A DNA stretch of 64,000 nucleotides from Chara braunii (Eukaryota > Plantae > Charophyceae): NCBI GenBank assembly GCA_003427395.1, contig BFEA01000010.1, positions 2,559,202 to 2,623,201 of the forward strand, read 5' to 3'. The stretch's first letter is position 1. Each line of letters opens with the position of its first letter. Both the position numbers and the translations under genes were made by a program. The notes under the pieces were generated by a model. That model was not told the origin of the DNA. It saw only the letters and a program-made list of their open reading frames with translations, and ran no database searches. Below, piece after piece: positions 1-10,225 of the stretch.

Positions 1-43
1 CGGTGTCTGGCTGTGAAAAATAGGGTCTGGTGCCGGAACGAAG

Positions 44-844
44 ATGGCGTGGTGGTTGTCGTCCCCAATCTATTTCAGCGGACCGGAAATGTCAATAGAT
101 GTTAGGGACGAGGTATCCGTCGTCCTGCCAGAAGAAGGAACCTGGACGGATCTAGAACCTGCGTATCAAACCATGATGTTGGGCAATAGGGATGCCTTCC
201 TTTGGATAGAAACGATGTGGACCAAGGTCAACCTAACCCGGCTAACGCCAAGCCAGACGGATTTGGAATTTCAGGGGACTGTGGAAGCCCGGGGTTGGAT
301 CTACCTGTCTAAGGAAGGGGAGAACGCAATGGTAGACTTGGCGTTAGGGATAGTTCCGTACCAATTATTCAGGCAGGCGGAACGAGAAGTAGTGTGGGCT
401 GCGTGTCAGCGGGTGGAAATGGAACTGGAAAAGATAGATGTGCGGGTGAAACTCGGAGATAGAGGGAATGTAAGGCAGCCGCTCAGGACGATGAGGTGCA
501 CCGTGCCTCCGTTCTTGGTGGACGTTGTCTTCGGGACCCGGAGTAGGCTGGTGCAGATATGCCAGTCCATGACGAACCTCGGACTGTACAAGGGCGCCCG
601 ACAGGACTTCTTTCGTCTATCGGTCGAAATGGGACCCTTCGAAGAGAATTGGGCAAAGGAACTGGCTGAGATACTAAAGTGCCTCAGCACGGATGAGGTG
701 TTTGTCCCGAGTTTCGTCCATTGGAAGATATTTTATAGGAATGTGGTGATAGGAGAGATGTTTGTGGATGGGTTGAAAAATATATGGTACGAGGAAGAGG
801 ACGATCTTACCGATGAAGACGAAGATGATGCAATCGAAGACTGA
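44..844 (+). CDS. Hypothetical 266-aa protein of unknown function with acidic C-terminal tail; intact member of a three-copy paralogue cluster
   Basis: Uninterrupted ORF with protein-like composition. Motifs VSVVLP, LG...FLWIE..W, C.VP.F..D.VFG and FF.LSVEMGPF recur in the two downstream degenerate copies. Confidence 0.55.
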   Translation: MAWWLSSPIYFSGPEMSIDVRDEVSVVLPEEGTWTDLEPAYQTMMLGNRDAFLWIETMWTKVNLTRLTPSQTDLEFQGTVEARGWIYLSKEGENAMVDLALGIVPYQLFRQAEREVVWAACQRVEMELEKIDVRVKLGDRGNVRQPLRTMRCTVPPFLVDVVFGTRSRLVQICQSMTNLGLYKGARQDFFRLSVEMGPFEENWAKELAEILKCLSTDEVFVPSFVHWKIFYRNVVIGEMFVDGLKNIWYEEEDDLTDEDEDDAIED

Positions 845-1665
845 GACTTTTGAGGAAAGGGTCCGTGGGGCAGAAATGATGGGGGTGGTCGGCGTTGTGC
901 AGGGTACCAGCATGGCTAGGGAACAACGCTTAAACAGTCGGATGTTTAGGGGATGGGAGCGAAGACAGTTCGAGGGAGGAGTAGAGATGACCCTACCAAC
1001 AAGAAATGAGTGGAGAGGAACGACTTGTGAGTGGGTAGGGGAAGCAATCGCATCAGAACTATCGTTCCTATGGGTAGAAAGAGTATGGAACCCATATTGA
1101 GGGAGGAAGAAGGATGGGACGACATAGCTGAGGGAAATGTAGAAGCCCTCGAGACGATCTACTTATCAAGAAGGGGGTGGCATCTGTTCTGCGTAACGTT
1201 GGCGTCTGGGCAAGACCCAATGTGGATCTTAGGAGGGGTCGAGCGACGGACTCGTGATATGGGTTACGAATTCGCCAACAAGGGATGGGATGAGGTAAGC
1301 TGTAGCGTTGCAATAGGAGGCTCGGAGGAATTCAGGCTGCCGTGCCAGATAGTTCAGGCCTGGGTGCCACGCTTTGTGGCAGACTGGTTTGGAGGATACG
1401 AACACATCCTCGTGGTGGCGAAACCTTAGATGAAGTAAACCTGGGTTTTTCATGGCTAGTCGACGCTTACTACAAGATCTCGTTGGAAATGGGACCGTTC
1501 CATGGGGATAGGGGAAAAGAGGTCGTCGACATCCTGAAAATTTTTAAGGAAGACTGGCTCGAGGTGGACAACGGGGCCGAGGATGCGATACCACGCCGCG
1601 AGGTAGCAACGACCCCCTCGTATATAGGAGATGTGTTTCTATTGTTCGAAGTACTGTGGGAATAG
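813..1665 (+). pseudogene. Frameshifted paralogue 2 of the 44-844 protein
   Basis: ORFs 813-1100, 1031-1429 and 1342-1665 read in series: VEMTLP..W...FLWVERVW, WVPRFVADWFGG, YYKISLEMGPFHGDRGKEVVDILK. Confidence 0.6.
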
Positions 1666-1806
1666 CCGAAAGATCAACACAAAGGCAAGGGCGACAAAAA
1701 GGATGGGGTAAGAAGGCACGAGGATAGCTAGCGATGTCCAGAGGAGCGGATGAAATAAGAGGAATTCGTTTTCTGTCTGAACCATGCAGGAACCCACCAA
1801 CCGGCA

Positions 1807-2590
1807 ATGACGATGAGACGCACTCGAACGTCGAGACGACCCACGCACCCTCGACCACCCACGGAAAGCAGTAACGGATGGGAGGTGTCACTCCCAGCGA
1901 GCTACAAGGTCCGAGGGATTGACACGGAATGGAGAGTTGTGACCTTGGGGAGGGATCAAACCTTCATAATGGTGAAATACCTATGGAGCGGCATGAGGTT
2001 CAATAGGGGGCCATGAAACGACTTATACACCGACCTAAGAGTGATCGGCACCGTGTACTTACCTGAGATTGGATGACACATGCTAGGAACCGAGATGGCA
2101 CTAGAGCATGGGCTGATGCCAATCTTCCGGAGGGCGGTCAGGGCATTAAACCGGATAGGCCAGGAAGTTCGGGGGAGAAGAAATGTGGGGCTAAGAACCC
2201 GGGTGGAAATAGGAGGACGACGAAAGTTTAGAACCCCAATGGCAGGGTTGTGGTGCCAAGTACCCCACTTCATGATAGATTTGGTATTCGGCAGCCTCTC
2301 GAGGGCAAGGGAACTGGTGAACTCGACCCTAACCTGGATTCACCATTTCCAGCCGCAGACGACAAAAATGTTTTACGATGTGTCGGTAAGACACTGACCG
2401 TTTTGGGGAAATCGGGTCCGTGAATTACTAGAACTCATCGAAATCCTGATATATGGGGCGTCACTCTTGGCCTTTGAAGAATATGAGCCGATAATTATCA
2501 GAGAAATAGGAATGGGGGAAAACTACCTTGCGGGGGTGGCTAGCCTATTCGAGGAGCCTGACAAACAGGACGGGCCTGAGGAACCAGTGT
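1807..2590 (+). pseudogene. Paralogue 3 of the 44-844 protein with in-frame stops
   Basis: WEVSLP...VTLGRDQTFIMVKYLW, CQVPHFMIDLVFGSLSR and FYDVSVRH*PFWGN align by eye with paralogue 1. Confidence 0.6.
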
Positions 2591-3282
2591 GAGAAAAATG
2601 TCGGGGAAGGGGGCAAAGGTGAACTCTGGCTATGGGATGATAGAAACAATAGCAAGAATAGCGATCTAGGGGGGGGGTAGTGGATGGAGTTCTACGCCAT
2701 CTAAAGGTGTGTCAGAAAGGGACTAGGATGGCCACTACTACCAAGGACGCCAGGTGTATCCAAAGGCTGGGAAGGCAAGAGGTCATCTTCGAAAGAAGGA
2801 CCCACCCGCCATGGACACGCCGCCTTAGAACCGAGGCACGGTGGTGACAAAACACCGAAACCCGACAACAGACTTTCTGGCAGGCAAGGCAAGCGGTACC
2901 CCTCAAAGTGAGGGCGGACAGGCCTGCTACTGCCACTATGAAACAAAAAATATTGAGATAGCAAAGGCGGGAAGACTGTAGCAAACCTTAGGGTCGGGAA
3001 ATCTGAAAAGCTGTAAAACTGGCCACTTAGGAATTTTTTTTCTCTTATATGCAGGATTTCAAAAGATGGCGACGGAGGAGGAATTAGGGAGACTGCGAAG
3101 CAAGGGGAGTCGGGGCACAGAGAAGGACGTAGAGCAGAACGAGGGGTCCGTGAGGGACCGATAATCGACAAATCCAGAAGGTACTAAGGAAGGAAGAAAG
3201 GAAGTGACAACCGGGGAACGCTCAGGAAAAGGAGGAGGAAGCTCCGCAAGAAGTCGCTAACCTTCAAAGGAGTCCTGGAGAT

Positions 3283-3533
3283 TTGGAGGATCTAGAAAAG
3301 GCTTTCGCGAACATCTGCTTGAGCTTACCAGACCGTGAAGGCGGGGAAGTCACGAGGGCTCCACCCGGGACGAAACTTAGTTTCCATGCGCTACCCGTAA
3401 GGAAGCTAAAAGTGCAAGTCGGGACGCATCACACAAACGCCCTAGTAGATGGAGGTGAGAAAATCACACTTATAAGGAGAGACTTCGCTACAGTTACCGA
3501 CTGTGTGGTTAACAAGGAAGTAACGGGGAGCGT
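3283..3533 (+). pseudogene. N-terminal half of retrotransposon aspartic protease (retropepsin-like), truncated
   Basis: KLKVQVGTHHTNALVDGGEKITLIRRDFA resembles the ALVD(T/S)GA..TLI motif. It ends in VVNKEVTGS, matching VVNKEIMGS in the protease of copy 2. Confidence 0.7.
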
Positions 3534-3987
3534 CTCGCGGGTACATTTGTAGTAGGAACCACCAAAACGACGTTTCGGCGAACTTCGAAGGAACAGAAGG
3601 GGTACGTAAATTTTAAGGGTCAAGGCGTGATGGAGGAACCCAACGACGTTGGAAGAAGGTATCAATTGTCAGGAAACCGCAGCTGGGCAAAACACGGGGA
3701 CCCGAAGATGGAGGAATAGGAGGTTCTGCTTGTCCTTCCTGCTTGTGACACTGGTAGGAGATACCATCAAAACAGCAAGACAAGTAGAGGGCAAGAAAAC
3801 ATACAGGGTAGGAAAAACCCTAAGGTGCATGAGGAAGCGGGAGAACATCCCCGACAAGAAAAGGATTAAGTTGACTTGAAGATGAGAACGTTTTCGGAAG
3901 CTGATAGCAATAGGAAAATTGTGAGGGATAGAGTCTAAAGTAAGTTTCTCCTTCTTTTGGTTGTATGGCATGCAGGTCTTATACGCT

Positions 3988-4910
3988 ATGGACGTCACAA
4001 ACAACAGTAAGGGCCGAAGAAATCGACGTGGTCAAACATACAACATGGATGGTCGGAATCCAATAGATCAAGACGACGGGATAAATGTCGGTCGAAGGTT
4101 CAACAACCAGGGGGTCAAAGACAATGCGAGGGGGATTTCGGGGAAAGGGAGCCATATCGAGAAAAGACCCGCAAAATCTCAAGGGATAAGGCCAGTCGTA
4201 CTTGGTAATATGGAAGAGTCGCAAACTTCGGAGGGCGGCTTGGCGAAAAAGAGGAAGGTAGCGGATACCCTAAGAAGGCTTAAGGAAGTAGAGCAGATGG
4301 TAGCTGATTACAAGGTTGGGGTAATTGAAGAAATGATAAAGGACATCGAGGTTGAGGAGGACAACGAGTTACGAGAGGATGAGCTACGAGGTGAGACGGG
4401 AAGAGAGCACGTGACTGGGAAACCTGGTGGATTGGGAATGGACGGAAATACGGGAGTAAAAGGAAGAATCAGACCCTCTGACGTAGGGGTAACAGAAGGA
4501 GTAAGGGAGCCAGGAGCGGATCGTGGAATAAGCAAAGATCATAGTGAACTAGGAACCCTAAGAGAGACACTGACAACATGGCTCGACCAAGGAAGGAGTA
4601 TCAGAACAGAGAGTCGTCGGAGGAACAACAAAGGATCTAAGAGCTGGGTGACAAGTAAAGACGAAACAAAAGGAGGTTTAAAGGAGTCGCATTGACCGAT
4701 ATTGTAGTACGATGGGACACTTCGATAGGAATTGCTCAAAGCTTAACCATGATATCATAAGGAGGCGGTGTTCTAGAACCCTCAAGGGGTATATCCTGGG
4801 TCCTAACTGAGACAGGGTGGACTGGACTTCGCATGGGGGAATGAGACGCGTTATAGCGACATTAAACAACCTAGAATTTTCAGCAATGGAGGAGGAGGAA
4901 GTAAGTGCGC
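3988..4910 (+). pseudogene. gag-like ORF with degenerate CCHC zinc knuckle
   Basis: 244-aa ORF continues past a frameshift into RYCSTMGHFDRNCSKLNHDIIRRRCSRTLKG, homologous to CRYCTVIGHFVRAFPKLNHDIIKRRC of copy 2. Confidence 0.65.
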
Positions 4911-7644
4911 TACATTGGGAACCCACGGGGGGGGAAGGGAGCCAACATCGGGCTGACTCCGTCATGAAGGCAGAAAGGAATGATGGAAACCACTAAAAGA
5001 TTTGGAAAAGGGGGAAGCTGAGAGTGACGGCGGATGGGTTGACTTGCTAAACAGAGAAGTGGGTTAGTCAAGAGGGGCGCCCCAAGGAAACAGGGGAGGA
5101 GTTTGGCCATGGATTATGATTCCGGGACCACATATAACCGTAGGGGTAGAGAAAACTGTTGGTAGGATGCGCCCACCACTCAACAAGGGTAAGGGGAGAG
5201 ACACTCGATCTGAGGTTGAGGGTGAAGGAGAGGAAGTAAGCCTGGGAGGAGAAAGCGGAAGGGAAGAGGGAGACACGACTCGACCTCACCAGTAAAGGGG
5301 TGCCAAGATGATGAATGCAATATGAAGAGAAGAGGCTGTGAGGGCGAGGATGGTCGAGAACAAGGAAAGGAAAAGCGAAAGGTTTGGGGAGACCCTCGCC
5401 AAGCTATCGGTATCAGGAAGAGGCAAAGGAAGTCAAACCTGAAGGGAAAGAAGGACCTGAGTTCGATACCTTTAAGGAGACGCCACATAGTATGATGAGG
5501 GATTCGGGCAGTTATGCAATCAGTGGTTTTATCAATGGGTTAATGTAACATCTTGACCATCAAGGTCAGAAGAAAAATAGGAAAGGGTCAGTCACAATAT
5601 TTGTTTTCCACGATGATGTAACACTTGAGATATTCGCAGGATGGAAAAGATAATTTTTTTTGCCCGTAAGCTAGGATGGGATGCGCCCTCGTGATCAAGA
5701 AGAGTTTGAAGGGGCCAAGGGACGAGGGGCCAGTGAGGAAAGATGAGCCGTGTCAAGAGAAACTGTGTATATAGGGTGTATGCATAGTAAAAGATGGTGA
5801 ATTGGTCCTATAGGTCACTTTTTGGGTGTGAACCGGATTATGCGTTGTCCTTCATGTATTGACAAAGGCAAGACAGGTTGATGGGGACCACTGTTGCTAC
5901 CTCTCGCGCGAGCTATTCTGAGATGTTCAGTACTAGCTGAGACACTGGGATAAGGACCAAAGGAAACAACCTTGAGGAGACTATGAGAGGGCTAGATTTT
6001 GTTTTATAACTATTGCAAGTATCTCGTCCAAATGAAGAGTTGGCTCGATGGTGAACGAGTTGTGGTAAGATTCTCAGAAATGGCTAAGGAACCCATAGGC
6101 AGAGGAGCATAAAATGCCCTTCCCTGGAGCCTAATCCAACCAAGTCAGAGTCATGTCGAGAGTGAGCAAGAGTGAAAAGGACAGAAGGGTCCGTGTTTGA
6201 ACTATGGTTGAACGACCAGGTGGGCTAGTGTTGCCTTAGGAAGAAAGCCTCGGTCTGAGCACTAGACGCTAAGTCGAATGTATGCATGAGATTATTAGGA
6301 ACAACGAATTGTATTGAGAAAGGATGAAAGATATCGCACGCATAAGACTGTAAAAGATGACCATCTTCTAACCCCGAAGACAAAGATGGGATCTGTGTCC
6401 TCGAGGCCCACCCCCTCGGGCGCTAACATTCAAATGAATAAGGACGACTCTAACAAGGTTATTCGATTGAAATGAATAAGAACGACCCTGACAAGGTCGT
6501 TCGATTGAGATTGAAAAGAATGACCCTGATAAGGTTGTTCGACCGCAAATGAAAAAAATGGCCCCTAATAAGGGTCATTTTGAGAAATGTTACAAGGGTC
6601 CCCTTGCATGGCTGAGTGAGATGGATTGAGCATGAAAGATCTGGAGTTTGCATTTGGGAATTGCTTGAGGATTGGAAATTGCATTGCATATCAAGGGACC
6701 CTAGGCGGACTGGAAAAGACATGGAAATGGCATTAGAATGATTTTGCTTTTTTTTATAGCCTTAGGCCTCATCATGAGGGGGATAGTGGTGCATGCACCG
6801 CGACCTCGGGACCTCTACCCCGTAGGGAAATGTCCAAGCGCGACCTGCCCCTCGTAAGTTGGGCACCAGGTTAAAGGATCAAGGTATCGGTCACGGTACT
6901 CGACATCCGGAACCAGCTCCGACAATGAGCTCTAGTTGGAAGGTTCAAATTGCGCCTCGCATTGAGTTCCTAAAAAGTCCAGGGCGCCGAGATGGGCCGA
7001 AAAGTTGCTCTTCTGAGGCTTGATGACCCTCTCTAACCACACGTCACGCCGTTGAAGGCGGTCTGGCTGTTTGGGATGGACCTAGACTGCTCGCACTAAG
7101 TCAAGTAGCACTGTCCACAGGGAAGGTCGGGGCGAGGTACCGGATGGAGTCCGCCACCGCCACAGGGCATTGACACCGCCCTATCGGAGCATTACAACCG
7201 TTCCGGGGACTTACCGCGAAGTCTTCGTAACTGCACTCGCAAACTAATAGAGAGCCCAAACTCTCTTGAGAAGGAAGAGGCCGGATTCATAAAACTTACC
7301 ACTTGGGAGGAACAATTCGCGAGGGAGCCACTTATGGCATGATGGGGTCCTGGGAGGTGTGGACTAGACCCGCCCAACAGATACGAGGAGGTACCTCGAT
7401 GATGATGCCCATCTCCAAAGAAGTGGCCGCCAGACTAGAGTAGAGGATGGGGTGAGTTATCAGCAGGGGGAGGACTGATCACCCTTCATTTTTTGGGGCC
7501 AATGGGCCGGCATCCATCTACTTAGTTGGCAGGCAAGGTCTCTGTACCTCCAAGTGAGAACCAGTTGTGCGATGGGGACATCGCGATTGAATTGGGGGAA
7601 GGTGTGCCATCTACCTAAGAACAAAGTGTGCGAAAGGAACAACA

Positions 7645-8200
7645 GGCAAATGTATGTGGAAATGACTAAGCTGGGCCTCAGAAAAGCCTGGCAAGATGCC
7701 CGTGAGAAATGTATGTGGAAATGACTAAGCTGCGCCTGAGAAAAGTCTGGCAAGATGCACGTGAGAAATGTATGTAGAAGTGNNNNNNNNNNNNNNNNNN
7801 NNNNNNNNNNNNNNNNNNNNNNNNNNNNNNNNNNNNNNNNNNNNNNNNNNNNNNNNNNNNNNNNNNNNNNNNNNNNNNNNNNNNNNNTTGGGTCTAAGAA
7901 AAACCTGCCAAGATGCCCGTGAGAAATGTATGTGGAAGTGATTAAGTTGGGCCTGAGAAAAGTCTGGCAAGATGCCCGTGAGGAATGTATGTGGAAATGA
8001 CTAAGTTGGGCCTGACAAAAGTCTGGCAAGATGTCCGTGAGGAATGTATGTGGAAATGACTAAGTTGGGCCTGGAAAAAGTCTGGCAAGATGTCAGTGAG
8101 AAATGTATGTGGAAATGACTAAGCTAGGCAAGATGCCTATGAGAAATGCATGTGAAATTGATTGAGCTGGGGCCTGAGAAAAGTCTGGCAAAATGTCTAT
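7645..8200. repeat. Tandem array A, 59-bp unit (interrupted by N gap 7783-7887)
   Basis: TGTATGT(G/A)GAA anchors at 7651, 7710, 7769, 7927, 7986, 8045, 8104. Confidence 0.9.
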
Positions 8201-8419
8201 AAAAAAATGCGTATAAAAGTTGGTTGAATATGAAATTGAGGAAGGGATGGCAAGAAACACGGATTGCACGGACCAGGGAGCCGATTAAAAAAGACACTGA
8301 GGGTGGCTGAAGCCGGAGAGGAGACATGATCGATACATGATGGAAGGGAGATCAGTCAAGGGCATTAGGGATGGCAAGGCTCGAGGGAGAAGCATGGCCG
8401 GCAAGAGGCGGGAGACAAA

Positions 8420-8575
8420 AAGTTGAATGCACTTCAGGTGATGAATGAGACGAAAAGCTTAATGCACTTCGGGTGATGAATGAGACGAAACACTCGATGC
8501 ACTTCGGGTGATGAATGAGACGAAAGAAACCGAAAAAGAACTTGATGTTCCAAGGATGATGAATGAGATGAGAGA
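8420..8575. repeat. Tandem array B, ~35-bp unit (ATGCACTTCGGGTGATGAATGAGACGAAA)
   Basis: Units at 8426, 8461, 8496 plus a diverged fourth. Confidence 0.85.
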
Positions 8576-9359
8576 AGACTGAAGGAAGTTTTAAAAAGAG
8601 AACTTGACCCCCAACACACCCCTCCCCGCCCCAAGGAGCGGAAACTAGAAGAGACCCCGAGAAAGGAACAAGAAAAGACAAAAGGGACCCTGACAAACTA
8701 ACTACCTAATACATATCACCCCCTCTCCTTCACCTACCCTCCTGACCCCGCCTACTGATGAGGAGATCGATAATAAGTGGGGGGAATGTGTTGGGACCGA
8801 TGAGTCCCGAATAACATCCCGACACTCGAGAGTCTGTATATAGCCAAATCGTGCACGTCAGAGAAATCTGGAGTAAGGAAACAAGAAAGAGAAAAGACAA
8901 AGGACTAAGACGGGACCGCTGGGAAGAATGATGCCCTGGGTTAAGAACCGCAAGGAAAAAGAACCGGTGACGGCAAGCAAGTAAGCGTCAGGACATGGGC
9001 GCATAGGAGCATAGCATAAGGCTAGGAGAGCTATTGGAATTCAGCATGATAAAGGCCAAGGGGCTATTAATTTGCAAATGCGGCACGGCGAACAACAAGA
9101 GAATAGGGAAGTCGAGAGGTGGACGATCCCGGTGGCCGTGGGACGCTAGAAAATAAGGGTCCAACATGGGGGTCGCCTACGACAATTAACGGAGACCACG
9201 GATTTGATGGCTCCACGGTCGGAGAAACCGGCGCACGCAAGGCCCAAGAAGCGACACGAGAAAAGGGTCATCAGAAGATGGTAGACGCCAAAGGAGCATG
9301 GGACACCTTGAGGGAGGGCATCGGGAACCACATGAGACTAAGTTTGAATAATGATATCC

Positions 9360-9625
9360 GGGACAAAGCGTCGAAGACCACCGACGGGACAAAGCGTCGA
9401 AGACCACCGACGGGACGAAGTGTCGGGGACCACCGACGAGACAAGTGTCGGGGACCACCGACGGGACGAAGTGTCGGGGACCACTGATGGGACAAGTGTT
9501 GGGGACCACCGACGGGACAAAGCGTCGGGGACCACCGACGGGACAAGTGTCGGGGACCACCGACGGGACAAAATGTTGGGGACCGCCGACAGAAAAAGTG
9601 TCAGGGACCACCGACGCGACAAGTG
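9360..9625. repeat. Tandem array C, 25-26-bp unit (GGGACCACCGACGGGACAAAGTGTCG), ~10 copies
   Basis: GACCAC anchors at 9376, 9402, 9428, 9453, 9479 and onward to ~9606. Confidence 0.92.
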
Positions 9626-10193
9626 GTGGTGACATGTGAAGGTCCCAAGAGAAACGGCAGAGCGCCACGAGGAGAAAATAATTAAAACAAGATGCACCGG
9701 GCCAAAAATATTAGCACCACTAGTGCAAGCACTAGTGGTAGCAAGAGGGAAGGCCAAAAGGGAAAAAAAAAAGTAAAGAAACATAAAGTGGGAGGCATGG
9801 GAGCAATCCGAAAAATCTCGGATCATCCTCCCTCAAGAAAATGGAGTCAAAAGAGACTTCATGTGAAAAATAGGCCTCCCGAAAAAAATCGGAGTAAGAG
9901 GGGCTAATGTGTGACAGAAATAGAGGTAAAAGGAAGCTCTCATAGGCATGAGGGAGTCATTATTGCAGTCCGAGATATAACGGACTGCACCATCGGCATA
10001 GGGAGGGCCAAAACTAAGAGGAAGGACCTAGAAAAGGGCCTTAACGGCCACTTGACACTTGGCATGCTAGAAAAAAAAGAAAAGAAAAATGTGGGAGAAA
10101 AAGAGAAAAAAAGTGAGAGAGAGTGAGTGAGTTGGCCGTCAGTAGGGACTGCCACATGTAGGGACTGGCAGGTCCCTTGTCCAAGAAAGGAGG

Positions 10194-10225
<32 letters not shown>

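Noticed and set aside
8750-8790. CTGATGA motifs (8755, 25236, and ~60270 and ~60537 on -) as hammerhead ribozymes
   Set aside because: No properly placed stem II plus GAAA core, and the 8755 motif is not retained in copy 2.
9360-9625. 26-bp, 35-bp and 71-bp arrays as CRISPR arrays
   Set aside because: Units are head-to-tail with no unique spacers, there are no cas genes, and the context is a eukaryotic retrotransposon.
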